Both the position numbers and the translations under genes were made by a program. Below, one piece after another: positions 20,025 to 31,799 of a stretch of DNA of 64,000 bases (position 1 is its first letter; each line of letters begins with the position of its first letter). Origin of the DNA: Sedimentisphaeraceae bacterium JB056 (GTDB lineage Bacteria; Planctomycetota; Phycisphaerae; Sedimentisphaerales; Sedimentisphaeraceae); contig JBITAJ010000028.1 in assembly GCA_044440125.1 (NCBI GenBank), positions 1 through 64,000 on the forward strand. The letters run 5' to 3'. The notes beneath the pieces are model-generated. The model was given only the letters and a program-made list of their open reading frames with translations. It ran no database searches and was not told the DNA's origin.

Positions 20025-21191
20025 CTATAAGACCTGACTAAACTGCGTTATGAAATCTACTGTTCGTTTCACAGTAGCTGCTCCTGCCCTTGGATGAAGA
20101 GGCAAGTTCACAACCTCTTTTGCCGCCTTCTCTGCCTGCGGGCACATACCAATCTCATAATAATACTTCTCCAAAGGTGTTTCTATTGGATGCAGTGGGC
20201 ACTCAAACCAACTGCCAAGCTCAACACCCGCCGATGCCGCCATCTCAATGGCCTTGTCCTTATCATTTATACGTACAGGATAGCGTACCATGACCGGATC
20301 TTGAACGTTCGCATCATACTTGCGACCTTGCCAGCCTTTTTCTTCAAGCATCTGATCATAAAGAGCTGCCATTGAACGCCTGTGTTCTATATTTTTATCA
20401 ATCTTTGCAAGCTGACCGGCTCCCCATTTGGCCTGCAAACTACTCATACCCTTAAAAAAATCGTCAGCCATTACCGGTTCGAATTCCTCAGTTGAAGAAG
20501 ACCCTACGACGATACCTTTTTTAGTGAGCCAGCGGAAGAGGCTCTGAGCCATCGCCGTGGTTCTGGGATATATGAATGTCTTGTAAACACAATACTGTGC
20601 CGCGAGCATAAGCTTTTCTTTCAGCGAAGGGGCCGCCATTTCCTGCTTGCATAGCTCATCTATTCTGGCAGCAAGATCTGAATTGAAAGCGATAGCTACA
20701 CCGCCAAGCCCTGTAGTGAAAGGCTTATTCCATTGACCGGAGAAATATGATGCTACGCCCATCGTGCCGGCCAAACGTCCCTTGTAGGTTGAGCCAAAAC
20801 AAAGACAGCAATCCTCTATAACCGTCACATTATGTCGTGAGGCGATCTCTTTTATCTTGTCCATATCACAAACATAGCCGTACGTGTGCTGTGCAATAAT
20901 CACCTTAGTTGCAGGAGTAATCTTATCTTCAAGCAAATCAACATTCATATTGAATGTATCAGGCTCAATATCAACATAAACCGGCTTTGCCCCAAGATAC
21001 ATGATAGGATTAACATCCATCACGCAAGTATAGCCGGGCAATATAACCTCATCACCATCGCCAACGCCAAGAGCCTTCAATATAGCATAAAGAGCAACCC
21101 GAGCCTTCCAAAAAGAAAAAGCCGAATCCGCCTTGAAATATTCCGAAAAATACTGTTCATAAACATTCTTAACAGTCATAAGATTCCTCAA
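20025..21191 (-). CDS. DegT/DnrJ/EryC1/StrS family sugar aminotransferase
   Basis: GDEVILPGYT, PVYVDIE, VIEDC, PLP lysine in FSGQWNKP, NLPLHP. Confidence 0.9.
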   Translation of the reverse strand: MRNLMTVKNVYEQYFSEYFKADSAFSFWKARVALYAILKALGVGDGDEVILPGYTCVMDVNPIMYLGAKPVYVDIEPDTFNMNVDLLEDKITPATKVIIAQHTYGYVCDMDKIKEIASRHNVTVIEDCCLCFGSTYKGRLAGTMGVASYFSGQWNKPFTTGLGGVAIAFNSDLAARIDELCKQEMAAPSLKEKLMLAAQYCVYKTFIYPRTTAMAQSLFRWLTKKGIVVGSSSTEEFEPVMADDFFKGMSSLQAKWGAGQLAKIDKNIEHRRSMAALYDQMLEEKGWQGRKYDANVQDPVMVRYPVRINDKDKAIEMAASAGVELGSWFECPLHPIETPLEKYYYEIGMCPQAEKAAKEVVNLPLHPRAGAATVKRTVDFITQFSQVL

Positions 21192-21790
21192 TTATCGAAA
21201 TCATATACATATCGATTCATTTTCCGACCTTCAGGAGTAGCGAAGCTCGTCTCCAATTTCCAACCTAATTTTTTATAGAAACGATTAGTAGATTCGTTAT
21301 TCTCCTTGTCTGTAGTAAGAAAGCATCCCTTGCTTTCTCTTTTTTCCGCTTCTTCAAGCCAAGCATTTACAAGAGCTGCACCAACACCTTTTCCCTGAGA
21401 ATCAGGAGAGACAGCAATTGAGCTGAGCAATGATCTTGGTTGCCCATTATCAGGCGAATCACCGCGATAAAAAACAGCTCTAAACAAACGCGGCATAACT
21501 GAAGGTTTCTTTATTACAGCACTTAAACTGGCAAGAATAAATGCATACCACCTGCGCATCAATAGTCTCTTAAAATAACCATCCGGATTTAATGGCCCCA
21601 CTACGCCACCAAGAACATTTCCATCTTCAACAGCAACAAAAGCCATTCCCGCCCTATCATGAAGAAAAGAGCTATAAAATTCTTTCAAGAATCTTGGTCC
21701 TAAAAATGTAAGAAAAAATTCAGGAAAAGATTGCATATGGACATCAACCATTTGTTCAACATATTCTTCCTTAAGAGGAATTATTTTCAT
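21188..21790 (-). CDS. GNAT family N-acetyltransferase
   Basis: SIAVSPDSQGKGVG acetyl-CoA motif and N...FYKKLGW; ATGA overlap with the aminotransferase. Confidence 0.9.
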   Translation of the reverse strand: MKIIPLKEEYVEQMVDVHMQSFPEFFLTFLGPRFLKEFYSSFLHDRAGMAFVAVEDGNVLGGVVGPLNPDGYFKRLLMRRWYAFILASLSAVIKKPSVMPRLFRAVFYRGDSPDNGQPRSLLSSIAVSPDSQGKGVGAALVNAWLEEAEKRESKGCFLTTDKENNESTNRFYKKLGWKLETSFATPEGRKMNRYVYDFDN

Positions 21791-21968
21791 TTCAACCCCT
21801 TGCGTACTTCATAACGTAATTTCCAATATATTCATATGATTGCAAAATCCCTGCTATCCATTAGGATTATGTTACTACTAACAATTAGTCACTAAAGACA
21901 GCCCACAATACCCCTAAAAAGAGTAAAACAGAATAAAACAATACAAATCTATACAATTCATGTCTTAA

Positions 21969-23081
21969 TTAATCCTGTAAACCAAACTTTTTGTAAACAA
22001 TATCGATTTCCTCTTGAATCCTTTGTTTGTCTTCAAGATACTTCATCTCCTCTGCCACATCCTGTTTGGAAACAATTCCTGTCTGAACAAACCAGTTACA
22101 CAAAGCGGCATGGGCACCAATACCAACTGTCTTCTGGCAAGATTTATCTGTCAATGCTCCATAATAGCAATCCCAACGGAATAACGGAACCTTGGATGCC
22201 GCTGGTGATTTCCAATTTAGATCCTCCTGCATTTTCTTCATTATTGCCAAATAATCCCACCCAATATATTCGCTTACATTCACCTTTTTCAACCACTTTG
22301 GACTGACCGGATAAGGTGTCGGAAGATTTCTTAAAAACGCCATGGAAAAACCATCTATCTGGAATTTCAACTTCACAAAGTCTATTTGAGCCAAAATTTG
22401 ATAGTAGATGATTTTAAGCATCTGCTTTGGATTGCTTGTAAAAAATCCTTTAATTAAAGCCTTAACTTTAAAACCATGGCTACCTGCATCAGCCTCATCT
22501 TCTATAATATTAGTACTTGAAAAGGTATAACTTATATTCTCTTCCCTTGCAGTTTTATAGACCAAGGAAGGAAGTATGTAATGACAAGAAAAACATGCTG
22601 AAAAGAACACACCCAAGCTCTCTAATGACTTAGTTGCGTTAACCATATAATCTCGCTCACTTTTGATTACAGAAATAAACCTAAGATCAACATCAAGAAT
22701 ACGGCAAGTTTCTTTAATATTTTCGTTAGCCAGTTCATGACATAAGCCATTGTCGTATTTGATTACTAATGGATTAAGACCCATTAGTTTTTTTACTATA
22801 TAAATAACATATGTACTGTCGAATCCACCTGAAGCTCCAATAACACAGTCATACTTAGCATTTTTAGAATTAGACACTGCTTTGATTTCTTCGGCTATCT
22901 TACTAAGCCCTTCAATATTTTTTACAGAAGCACGGGAATTTATATCATCCTGATATTCAGAACTCATAGCCCGCTCACAAAAATTGCAGATCCCCTTATC
23001 ATTAAATGATATACCAGGATAATCTTCGTTCAGATAACATCGTTCACAAGTTTTCTTTTCCATTTTTTCTCCCAAATTCAA
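21969..23081 (-). CDS. N-acetyl-sugar amidotransferase (WbuX/WbpG-like PP-loop ATPase)
   Basis: N-terminal CxxC...CxxC, YDCVIGASGGFDSTY PP-loop, CxxCH, WDC; likely start 23063. Confidence 0.8.
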   Translation of the reverse strand: MNLGEKMEKKTCERCYLNEDYPGISFNDKGICNFCERAMSSEYQDDINSRASVKNIEGLSKIAEEIKAVSNSKNAKYDCVIGASGGFDSTYVIYIVKKLMGLNPLVIKYDNGLCHELANENIKETCRILDVDLRFISVIKSERDYMVNATKSLESLGVFFSACFSCHYILPSLVYKTAREENISYTFSSTNIIEDEADAGSHGFKVKALIKGFFTSNPKQMLKIIYYQILAQIDFVKLKFQIDGFSMAFLRNLPTPYPVSPKWLKKVNVSEYIGWDYLAIMKKMQEDLNWKSPAASKVPLFRWDCYYGALTDKSCQKTVGIGAHAALCNWFVQTGIVSKQDVAEEMKYLEDKQRIQEEIDIVYKKFGLQD

Positions 23082-23156
23082 TAGTTTATTAACCAGTTTA
23101 CGGCTTTTAATTCTTCACTTTAAGATTTATTCAAATTTATATAAAACATTAATATA

Positions 23157-24152
23157 TCATACTTGATTAAAAAATTGCAAAAAATCTTTATAAGCTCTTT
23201 CTATACCCTCTTCAAGTTTCACTTCCGGCTTCCAACCTAATGAAAAGAGACGACTTACATCCAAAAGCTTTCTTGGAGTGCCATCAGGCTTGGTTGTATC
23301 CCACTCAAGCTTACCTTCAAAACCAACCACTTTCTTTACCAACTCTGCAAGTTCTTTGATTGTCTGGTCTTCACCACAGCCAATATTTATTAGTGGTGCG
23401 ACATCTTCATGCCCTACATATTTAGAATAAGCAGCTTCATCAAGATTCAGTAAGTGGACACACGCACGAGCCAAGTCATCGCTGTATAAAAATTCTCTAT
23501 AAGGACTACCTGTCCCCCAAAGAGTCACAGTTTTCTCATCATTAATTTTTGCCGTATGCATCTTACGAATAAAGGCCGGCATCACATGCGAATTCTGCAG
23601 ATCATAATTATCACCGGGGCCATAGAGATTAGTAGGCATAACTGCAAGATACCTTGTGCCATACTGCCTGTTATATGCCCAACACATTTCAATACCACCT
23701 ATTTTAGCTAAAGCATAAGGACGATTGGTAGGCTCAAGCTCACCTGTAAGCAAATATTCCTCTTTCATAGGTTGAGGACAAAGTTTAGGATATATACATG
23801 AAGAACCAAGAAACAACAATCTCTTAACACCATTCAAATATGAATTATGAATGATATTTTCCTGAATGCGCATATTCTCGTAGAAAAACTGTCCAGGATA
23901 GGTATCATTAGCCACTATCCCGCCAACCTTAGCCGCACACTGAATTATAAATTGAGGCTTTTCCACAGCAAAGAAATCCGCAACAGCACTGCTGTCGAGC
24001 AGGTCAAGTTCTCCTATAGTTTTGAGCAACAAATTTCCATATCCGCATCTTTTTAGCTCTCTGACAATAGCAGATCCAACAAGCCCTGTATGACCCGGGA
24101 TATAAATTTTAGCATCTTTATTCATGAATTCATTCACCATATCAGTCCTCAT
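23157..24152 (-). CDS. fcl: GDP-L-fucose synthase
   Basis: [45 protein letters not shown]. Confidence 0.96.
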   Translation of the reverse strand: MRTDMVNEFMNKDAKIYIPGHTGLVGSAIVRELKRCGYGNLLLKTIGELDLLDSSAVADFFAVEKPQFIIQCAAKVGGIVANDTYPGQFFYENMRIQENIIHNSYLNGVKRLLFLGSSCIYPKLCPQPMKEEYLLTGELEPTNRPYALAKIGGIEMCWAYNRQYGTRYLAVMPTNLYGPGDNYDLQNSHVMPAFIRKMHTAKINDEKTVTLWGTGSPYREFLYSDDLARACVHLLNLDEAAYSKYVGHEDVAPLINIGCGEDQTIKELAELVKKVVGFEGKLEWDTTKPDGTPRKLLDVSRLFSLGWKPEVKLEEGIERAYKDFLQFFNQV

Positions 24153-25270
24153 TCATTATAATCCGGAGTACGGAATCCATGTTTCTTGGTTATCATATCG
24201 CGTTTAGCTATCTCCAAATCATACCCAACCATTTCGCTTACAAGATCATCAAAGCTCGTTTCTGGAGTCCATCCAAGCTTTTCCTTGGCCTTTGTTGGGT
24301 CACCAAGCAAAGTTTCTACTTCCGCCGGTCTGAAATATTGAGGATCAATTGCTACTATAACATTATCTTCGGTATCACGGCCCTCACATATACTAGTCTT
24401 GGCAATTCCAACCTCTTGGACTCCCTCTCCCTGCCACTCAATATCAATACCTACTTCTTTAAAGGCAAGCTCAATGAATTCTCTCACTGAATGTTGCTCT
24501 CCAGTAGCAATAACATAATCTTCGGGTTTGTCCTGCTGGAGTATTCGCCACATAGCTTCCACGTAATCACGAGCATGTCCCCAATCTCTGAGCGAATCTA
24601 TATTACCCATATAAAGACATTTCTGCAGCCCCATCTTGATTCTTGCAGCGCCACGTGTGATCTTTCTGGTTACAAATGTTTCTCCCCTGAGAGGAGACTC
24701 ATGATTAAAGAGAATTCCATTGCAGGCAAACATGTCATATGACTCTCGATAGTTAACGGTTATCCAATAACCGTATATCTTAGCCGCGGCATATGGCGAA
24801 CGAGGATAGAACGGTGTGGTTTCTTTCTGAGGTATTTCTTGCACCTTACCATAAAGCTCGGAAGTTGATGCCTGATAAACCTTTGTAGTTTTGCTTAATC
24901 CGGCATTCCTGACTGCTTCAAGAATTCGCAATGTACCTAGAGCATCAACATTACCTGTATATTCAGGCGTTTCAAAAGAAACCTTCACATGACTCTGAGC
25001 TGCTAAATTATAAACCTCATCAGGGCGAATACGCTCAATTATTTGAGCGATATTGGTTGAATCAGTCAAGTCACCATAATGCAGAAAAAAACGACAATCA
25101 TCTTCATGAGGATCTTGATATAGATGATCTATACGATCAGTATTAAAAGAAGAACTGCGACGTTTTATGCCATGAACTTCATAACCTTTCTTAAGTAACA
25201 GCTCAGAAAGATAAGCCCCGTCTTGTCCTGTTATACCTGTAATTAATGCCTTCTTCATTTCCAAAATCAT
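24149..25270 (-). CDS. gmd: GDP-mannose 4,6-dehydratase
   Basis: [47 protein letters not shown]; likely start 25258. Confidence 0.97.
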   Translation of the reverse strand: MILEMKKALITGITGQDGAYLSELLLKKGYEVHGIKRRSSSFNTDRIDHLYQDPHEDDCRFFLHYGDLTDSTNIAQIIERIRPDEVYNLAAQSHVKVSFETPEYTGNVDALGTLRILEAVRNAGLSKTTKVYQASTSELYGKVQEIPQKETTPFYPRSPYAAAKIYGYWITVNYRESYDMFACNGILFNHESPLRGETFVTRKITRGAARIKMGLQKCLYMGNIDSLRDWGHARDYVEAMWRILQQDKPEDYVIATGEQHSVREFIELAFKEVGIDIEWQGEGVQEVGIAKTSICEGRDTEDNVIVAIDPQYFRPAEVETLLGDPTKAKEKLGWTPETSFDDLVSEMVGYDLEIAKRDMITKKHGFRTPDYNE

Positions 25271-25282
25271 TCCACCAAAATT

Positions 25283-26458
25283 TTAATTAATAACTTCCTT
25301 CAAAAACTCTATATAATCTTGAGTATTTTTTCTCGAATAGCTTTCTTCTGCGATAAGACGACTGTTGGACTTAGCAATCTGTAACTTTGCAGGATTCCTA
25401 TAAAATTCAAGAATAGCTTCAACAAGCCCATCAGAATCACCTGGTTCAATTGTTATGCCACACTCATTTTCTTCAATTATATCTGATATCTCACACTTTC
25501 TTGATATCAAAAGAATACCAGTACCAGCAGCTAAATAAGAATAAAATTTACTCGGAACTAAAAAACCTTCAACTCCTTTACCTATCGAGACCAAACTTAA
25601 ATCAGAAGCACTCAAAGTAAAAGGAAGTTTACTTTGAGGTTGGAATGGCAATATAGTCAAATTATCCATCTCATACTGACGCTTAGAGTCTTCAACATAT
25701 TTCTTTTTTGCTCCTTCGCCTATAAACATGAAATGTATATTATCATTGTCTCTAAGCTTATTTATTGCTTCTATAATAGTTTCAATATCATGAGTAGAGC
25801 CAATATTTCCTGAATACGTCACTATAAACTTATCAGTCATTCCAATTTCTTTAAGGAAAGGGTTTTCTTCTTTTTTCAGCGGAACTATCCAATCTGTATC
25901 GGCCCAATTATGTATGACAGGAATATATTTCAATCTGGTTTTAGAAACATCAAAATCCTTCTCTAGATTCTTCTGCATATATTCTCCGATAGTAATTACT
26001 GCATCAGCATTATTGTATACAACCCTGTTCATTTTACGCCATAGGCGAGTTAAAACACCATCCTTAATAGTACCGATACTCAGTAATACATCAGGATACA
26101 TATCATACACAAGAACTACATATTTCTGGCGTCTTATTTTCTTAAAAAACAGGCCTATAAGACCAAGATAAGGAGGTGTAGTGACAATAAAAAGCGTATT
26201 TGAGCGAGACTTAAACAAAACAAGAGAAAAAGAGCATATGAAATAACTCAACCAGGAAAAAAAGCGAGTAAAGATGTTCTTTTTCTGATATGACGGAGCA
26301 TTTTTAATATAGAGATTCCCATATTCATTGCCTTGCCAGTCAGATTTGTATGTATAAATAATAGAATCCGGCCAACTATAAGATAAATCAACTGCAAGTT
26401 CTTGAAATAAAGTTCCAACTTTCTGATCCAAGAAGATTATTTTTCCACTTTTCGCCAA
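25283..26458 (-). CDS. Glycosyltransferase family 4 (WbuB/WcaI-like)
   Basis: TTPP, VYDMYPD, IHNW, YSGNIG, VPSKFYSYLAAG. Confidence 0.88.
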   Translation of the reverse strand: MAKSGKIIFLDQKVGTLFQELAVDLSYSWPDSIIYTYKSDWQGNEYGNLYIKNAPSYQKKNIFTRFFSWLSYFICSFSLVLFKSRSNTLFIVTTPPYLGLIGLFFKKIRRQKYVVLVYDMYPDVLLSIGTIKDGVLTRLWRKMNRVVYNNADAVITIGEYMQKNLEKDFDVSKTRLKYIPVIHNWADTDWIVPLKKEENPFLKEIGMTDKFIVTYSGNIGSTHDIETIIEAINKLRDNDNIHFMFIGEGAKKKYVEDSKRQYEMDNLTILPFQPQSKLPFTLSASDLSLVSIGKGVEGFLVPSKFYSYLAAGTGILLISRKCEISDIIEENECGITIEPGDSDGLVEAILEFYRNPAKLQIAKSNSRLIAEESYSRKNTQDYIEFLKEVIN

Positions 26459-26494
26459 ACGTAAATTCCTTATAAAAATCTTTAATAAAAACGG

Positions 26495-27694
26495 TCAGAT
26501 TTCATCTTGTCTAAAATGTTTTTTTGCCTCAGTCAAAGTATCCACATTGTTTGAAATACAACCTAAAACTGATTCTAACTTAGGAAGAACAACATCAACA
26601 GAATAGTACCCTTTTACTCTTTCTGTAGCATTCTGAGACAGCTTATCTCTCAAATTTGAGTCAGACATAATAATCTTAATTTTTTCTGAAATATCAAAAG
26701 AAACCGAAGGATCATTTTCCCCCAACATTATAGCAGCTGGCGTATCAGTATCTGCAGCAGTCATCTCTTTGATAGCACCTACATTTGTTGCTAAGATTGG
26801 TAATCCCCAAAGCATTGCCTCCATTACTACATTGGGGAACCCCTCAGAATGACTTGGAAAAAGCATGACATCAGCATTCTTATAATAATCCCACAACCTT
26901 GGTTTATCTATAGGCCCCAACAATCTTACCTTCTCAGAAACACCCACATCTGAAATTGAATCCAATATCTTATCCCTATTATCATCAGATACAATTCCAA
27001 TTAACGAAATTGATACGTTGTCAGGTAAACTCTTAGCGGCTTCAATAATCTCAAAGGTTCCTTTTTCCTTGCATTGAAAAGCAACATGTATTATATTGAA
27101 TTTATCATTCTTAAATTCAACAGGTATATCAGTAGAAGATTCACTAATAGAACTACAATCAATATAATTAGGTACGTAAACTACTTTTGAATTCCCAAAC
27201 TTCTCCCTGGCAAACTTCTCACAATCACGCGTTATAACAAATATGTAATCAGCAAGTTTGCTTCCTAAATTTGACCAAAATCGTCTCAGGATATTCCCAC
27301 CCCAAAAGCCCTCGACCTTACCGCCACGAAGATGTATAACAACCTTACGGCCTAAAAGCTTGCAAAGCAATACCTGAGGAGCATCTCTGAAAGCAAAACC
27401 AACACTCGGTGAACATGTAAAATAAACAATATCAGGTTTAAAACTTAAAATACTTGAGATTAAGTTAAACCCACGTATTAAGCCCTGCTTTAGCCCACAG
27501 AACCGATCTACCAGACCAGTTCTGCCACCCAGAACGCGATAAAAAACAGATGTATCAATAGTCTTATAAACAACACCATCATTCTTGGTATTATCAAGAA
27601 GTAACCTAGTCCATCTTGCTATTCCACCTTGCTGAATCTTCACTGGAGCTAAGAGCAAGACTTTACTACGATCTACCATACAAAAACTCCTCAT
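26495..27694 (-). CDS. Glycosyltransferase family 4
   Basis: [21 protein letters not shown]...PILATNVG (EX7E). Confidence 0.92.
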   Translation of the reverse strand: MRSFCMVDRSKVLLLAPVKIQQGGIARWTRLLLDNTKNDGVVYKTIDTSVFYRVLGGRTGLVDRFCGLKQGLIRGFNLISSILSFKPDIVYFTCSPSVGFAFRDAPQVLLCKLLGRKVVIHLRGGKVEGFWGGNILRRFWSNLGSKLADYIFVITRDCEKFAREKFGNSKVVYVPNYIDCSSISESSTDIPVEFKNDKFNIIHVAFQCKEKGTFEIIEAAKSLPDNVSISLIGIVSDDNRDKILDSISDVGVSEKVRLLGPIDKPRLWDYYKNADVMLFPSHSEGFPNVVMEAMLWGLPILATNVGAIKEMTAADTDTPAAIMLGENDPSVSFDISEKIKIIMSDSNLRDKLSQNATERVKGYYSVDVVLPKLESVLGCISNNVDTLTEAKKHFRQDEI

Positions 27695-28229
27695 GCCTTT
27701 TTATCTCACCGTCAGACCATCTCATCTTTATTACCTTGGCAGGAACTCCACCTACAATTGCATATTCGGGCACATCTTTATTCACAACAGACCCTGCCGC
27801 TATTATTGCACCTCTTCCGACTGTCACTCCTTTTAATATCGTAACATTAGTACCAACCCAAACATCATCTTGTATAATTACAGGCTGATCATCCTCCGGT
27901 CTCTTTTCATGAACATCATACATATATCTGCCAATTACAGATGTATTATGATTCCCTCCTCGGATAACTACATTAGGACCAAACATGACTTTATTGCCAA
28001 TTTTTATATATGACTCTTGAGCTATAAAATTTGCTCCAAAGCCTATGCAAACATCGCTGCCAATAGATACATTCTTATATGTAAATCTATCGAACGGGTT
28101 AAAAAGTACATTTCGCCCATGTTCTTTAAACAATGGAAGCATAATATACATCAGGGTACGAGTAAATATCTTAGAACATAGTATTATACATCTGGGCAAT
28201 ATACTTAACAAATTATTCAAACAATCCAT
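27666..28229 (-). CDS. Hexapeptide-repeat O-acetyltransferase
   Basis: LbH repeats [37 protein letters not shown]. Confidence 0.92.
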   Translation of the reverse strand: MDCLNNLLSILPRCIILCSKIFTRTLMYIMLPLFKEHGRNVLFNPFDRFTYKNVSIGSDVCIGFGANFIAQESYIKIGNKVMFGPNVVIRGGNHNTSVIGRYMYDVHEKRPEDDQPVIIQDDVWVGTNVTILKGVTVGRGAIIAAGSVVNKDVPEYAIVGGVPAKVIKMRWSDGEIKRHEEFLYGRS

Positions 28230-29310
28230 TTATAACCCCCTTATACGAACCTGTAAATTCACTCTCGGAAAAAAGAACTTCAGCTTTATTCCTATTGTTC
28301 TCACCCATCTTCTGTTTTTCTATATCAGTTAATTGCCAAAACCTCTCAATTACTGCAGCAATATCGTCTGGAGAACATGGATCAAAAAGAAATCCATTGA
28401 CACCTTCCTCAATATACTTTGGATGATCACAAACATTACTCGCCAGTATAGGCAAACCACATGCCATCGCTTCACCAATGACATTCGGACAACCTTCCTT
28501 AAAAGATGGCAAGCAAAATACTTTCGCATTTCGATATTCTTCAACAATATCTTTACTTACACCTGTAAATTCAAGAATATTGTTCATTTTATTATTCAAC
28601 AAACTTTCTTGTATCTTATTAAACAGAATTGCCTGATCATTATTACACGAATGCTTACCAACCCATTTGACTTTGAAACTTAAACGCTCATTCTTAGAAT
28701 ATAAAATTCTTATAGCTTCGATAAAATTCAACGGATTTTTTTGAGGCCAAACACTGGCTGCAACCAAAAGAGTATTGAAATTATTTAACAAGGGTTCTTT
28801 TGTATTAAACACATCCAGATCTACACAATTAGGTATGACCTTTAATTTTTGTTTGAGCGTTGGTGCATTGCCTGCTATTACCTCATACTGCGAATAAGAG
28901 TTGGTAGTAACACAATCTGCAACTTTATACATAAAATACTTAATACGTTTTGTTAACTGCTTAGGATTCAAATCCGTATTACGATCAGAAACAACAAGCT
29001 TAAACTTTCCACCTAATAATTTACATATCTCCGCTATAATGGCAGGCGATTCCTGAAAAGCAATTAAAACATCAGGTTTTTTAACCATAAGATACTTTCT
29101 TATCTTATGAATTCTGAGTAACTTACTTCCTTCACAAAACACGGTATCTATTCCTGCGTTATCAAGATCGGGCTTATAGAAGGCATTAGCTCTATGATAA
29201 CAAAGCATCGAAACATCATAACCTGATTTTTTGAGAAGCTTGGCAAGTACAACGATTTGTCTTTGTGCTCCACCAGAACCAAGACAATCAATAAATAAAA
29301 CTATCTGCAT
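28213..29310 (-). CDS. Glycosyltransferase family 4
   Basis: [10 protein letters not shown]-terminus, [18 protein letters not shown]. Confidence 0.92.
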   Translation of the reverse strand: MQIVLFIDCLGSGGAQRQIVVLAKLLKKSGYDVSMLCYHRANAFYKPDLDNAGIDTVFCEGSKLLRIHKIRKYLMVKKPDVLIAFQESPAIIAEICKLLGGKFKLVVSDRNTDLNPKQLTKRIKYFMYKVADCVTTNSYSQYEVIAGNAPTLKQKLKVIPNCVDLDVFNTKEPLLNNFNTLLVAASVWPQKNPLNFIEAIRILYSKNERLSFKVKWVGKHSCNNDQAILFNKIQESLLNNKMNNILEFTGVSKDIVEEYRNAKVFCLPSFKEGCPNVIGEAMACGLPILASNVCDHPKYIEEGVNGFLFDPCSPDDIAAVIERFWQLTDIEKQKMGENNRNKAEVLFSESEFTGSYKGVINGLFE

Positions 29311-29389
29311 TTTAATTCCAAAATTTACCTGCGAGATTATTCATAATATTCCCTATGAACTTAAACTGTCAATAACTCTACTCTAATTA

Positions 29390-31753
29390 TTACTCAGAAA
29401 CCCCATCAGCTTTTTTACGCAATGAAGTCAAATATTCACTTGTCAACTCTTCTGCAGGTTTATTCATGAATTCCTGTAAAAGATCATCATGCCCCTGCAA
29501 ACAAATCGCATCCTCGACTCCCTCACGCCATAATTGCCAACGCTTAGAAGGTACTATTGCCTCAAATATTGCATCGGATGGAAATCCTGAATCTTTTCCA
29601 TCATACACCACACCATAACCTCTCGCATCAATTTGATTAAAACTACTGTCATCAGCATATTCTGTATAACTCCAAAAGCCTGCGCCATTGATTCCTAAAG
29701 CAACCGCTTTAATAGGTGACAATCGATAAAAACCTCTTTTGGGTTTAATATTGACATTAAATTTAGATAAAGTATATGATAGCTTACTTGAGCCTCCGTA
29801 TGACCAAATCTTACAGTCACTTTTTTTAACAGCCTCTAATATTTGATTGTAATTTTCTAAATATTCTATAGGCGGAGCCCATATATCTATCAGCTCTTTT
29901 ACTTTTTGAATTTTATTCAAAGCCTTTTGAATGTATTTTTCACCTTTAATATTTACAGTATCAGTAATTGTTCCAATTGAATTTGCGTAGATTTGGATAT
30001 TAGGATCAGTTCTTCTTATCACCTGAGCCACCCTGATAAAGCTATCTTCAACACTCTCATCATATGGGTAAATAGCATAATCATCATAATTATATCCTTG
30101 CAATTTCATATAAACTGATAATTTACGAATATACCGGCTAAAATTTGATTCCCAACCGTCAGAATACATATCATTGCCAAAATAGTTTTCTCGCCCAGGG
30201 CCTAAACCTAAATGCAAAAGAATGAACTTAGCATGAGTCCTTAACTTCAATTCGTTTCCTAATTCAGGGTTAATCGTAACTTTATCGAAATAGTCTTTTG
30301 CAGATGAATTGATTTTGAAAATCCAGACAGGATGCATGACTGTGACATTAATATGATGCGATTTGAGATCATTTACAGCCTCATCCACAATTGATCTTGT
30401 AAATGCAGCACTCCCCTTAATATAGTCCCAATTACAAGCCATAAAACTATTTACGTGAGAAAATTCTTTATCAGCTACATCAATACTTATTGGTAAAACT
30501 TGATTCGGCTTATCCCCACAATCTTCTGTAACAATTGCAACTGCTGCACTGTATTTACCCGCTTCAAGTCCTGCAGAATCAATTTCTAAACAAATCTGAG
30601 TAGTTTCACCCGGCTTAACAGTAAAAGGTTTATTATTTTGCAAAACTAAAGGGTCTGCAAAAAAACCAGTGTTACGCGAATATACATATATCGCTCTTCT
30701 AAGTTTAATTATCTGATCAGATTTTATAAATTTGTTACCACTACTAATAGGTGATGTGTTTAAAATAAAAACTAAAGGCTGGTTAGATGTATTTACAATA
30801 TTAAATGCAGCAAGAGAATTTTCGTTATGCCAAACATAAAAGTATACCTTCTGCTCTTCAGTATTAACTTCAGGCAAATCTTCGAATCTTAACAATTTCA
30901 TAACATCTGTAGTATAGGCATGCCATGAAACTTTATTTCTGAAACGCAAGAAATCTGATCTCAATAAATTGAAATTAACTGAAAGTTTATCAAGCTTTTT
31001 CAAATTAAAAAAACTAGACTTAAGATTATAGAGTTCCAATTGAATATTTTTAAGCCTATCTGATAAAGCTACTTCTCCTAAATCAGTTAGAGCGTTGTTC
31101 AGCACTATCGTGTTTCTACCAAGTTGTCTAATTCTTTCGACATAATCAAAAGCTTCATCATATGATAAATATGAACCAAGGTCGTATGATTGATCTTTCT
31201 CCGACCTCATTATTTCAATTTCGTCAGAGAAAAAACAGTTGCCGAAAGGTCTGATCAACAATTTAACAAATCTACATCTAACGTTATATCGTAATGTAGC
31301 AATTTTAGGTTCCCTCAATTTAACATGATTAGGATCGCCAAACACCCAACCGGACTTATCTGCTTCAAACAATGACACAAAACTATAGCTTATACCATCA
31401 TTTGATGCCATTCCAATAATATATTCCGGGTATTCCATGCCTCCTCTGCCACCACCGCCAACCGTATATATATTAACGCTTTCAATATTTTCTTTCTGTT
31501 CCAAATCTATTGTGATATGTACGCTTTGAGAGAACGGGAACCAGCCAACCGTCTTGTCTCTATACCTACTATACCATAAACTCTCCTCTTTTACTCCATC
31601 TGTAAGTTGTTTATAATCAAGAGCATCCTTTGTATAGACGTATGTCGGTTGCGGGTCAAATATACATGGCTTATTTAGTGCTATATTTTCCAACTCGCCA
31701 ACAAGTGTAGACTGAAAAGAAAAAAAAAGCAAAATTATTAAGTTAAATTTCAT
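29390..31753 (-). CDS. Secreted protein with discoidin-like N-terminus and putative glycoside-hydrolase (GH123/DUF4091-like) C-terminus
   Basis: Signal peptide from MKFNL; NIALNKP...LTDG...ITIDL; YPYDE; PSKRWQLWREGVED (ORF track start 31783). Confidence 0.6.
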   Translation of the reverse strand: MKFNLIILLFFSFQSTLVGELENIALNKPCIFDPQPTYVYTKDALDYKQLTDGVKEESLWYSRYRDKTVGWFPFSQSVHITIDLEQKENIESVNIYTVGGGGRGGMEYPEYIIGMASNDGISYSFVSLFEADKSGWVFGDPNHVKLREPKIATLRYNVRCRFVKLLIRPFGNCFFSDEIEIMRSEKDQSYDLGSYLSYDEAFDYVERIRQLGRNTIVLNNALTDLGEVALSDRLKNIQLELYNLKSSFFNLKKLDKLSVNFNLLRSDFLRFRNKVSWHAYTTDVMKLLRFEDLPEVNTEEQKVYFYVWHNENSLAAFNIVNTSNQPLVFILNTSPISSGNKFIKSDQIIKLRRAIYVYSRNTGFFADPLVLQNNKPFTVKPGETTQICLEIDSAGLEAGKYSAAVAIVTEDCGDKPNQVLPISIDVADKEFSHVNSFMACNWDYIKGSAAFTRSIVDEAVNDLKSHHINVTVMHPVWIFKINSSAKDYFDKVTINPELGNELKLRTHAKFILLHLGLGPGRENYFGNDMYSDGWESNFSRYIRKLSVYMKLQGYNYDDYAIYPYDESVEDSFIRVAQVIRRTDPNIQIYANSIGTITDTVNIKGEKYIQKALNKIQKVKELIDIWAPPIEYLENYNQILEAVKKSDCKIWSYGGSSKLSYTLSKFNVNIKPKRGFYRLSPIKAVALGINGAGFWSYTEYADDSSFNQIDARGYGVVYDGKDSGFPSDAIFEAIVPSKRWQLWREGVEDAICLQGHDDLLQEFMNKPAEELTSEYLTSLRKKADGVSE

Positions 31754-31799
31754 ATTGTTTAAAATATTTATGAGCAATAACAATACCTTAAGACAGGTT

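Noticed and set aside
31720..31728. A9 tracts in the secreted gene (31720-31728) and in wzx (40309-40317) as phase-variation switches
   Set aside because: Both ORFs are in frame and A9 runs are expected in such AT-rich DNA; no evidence without reads
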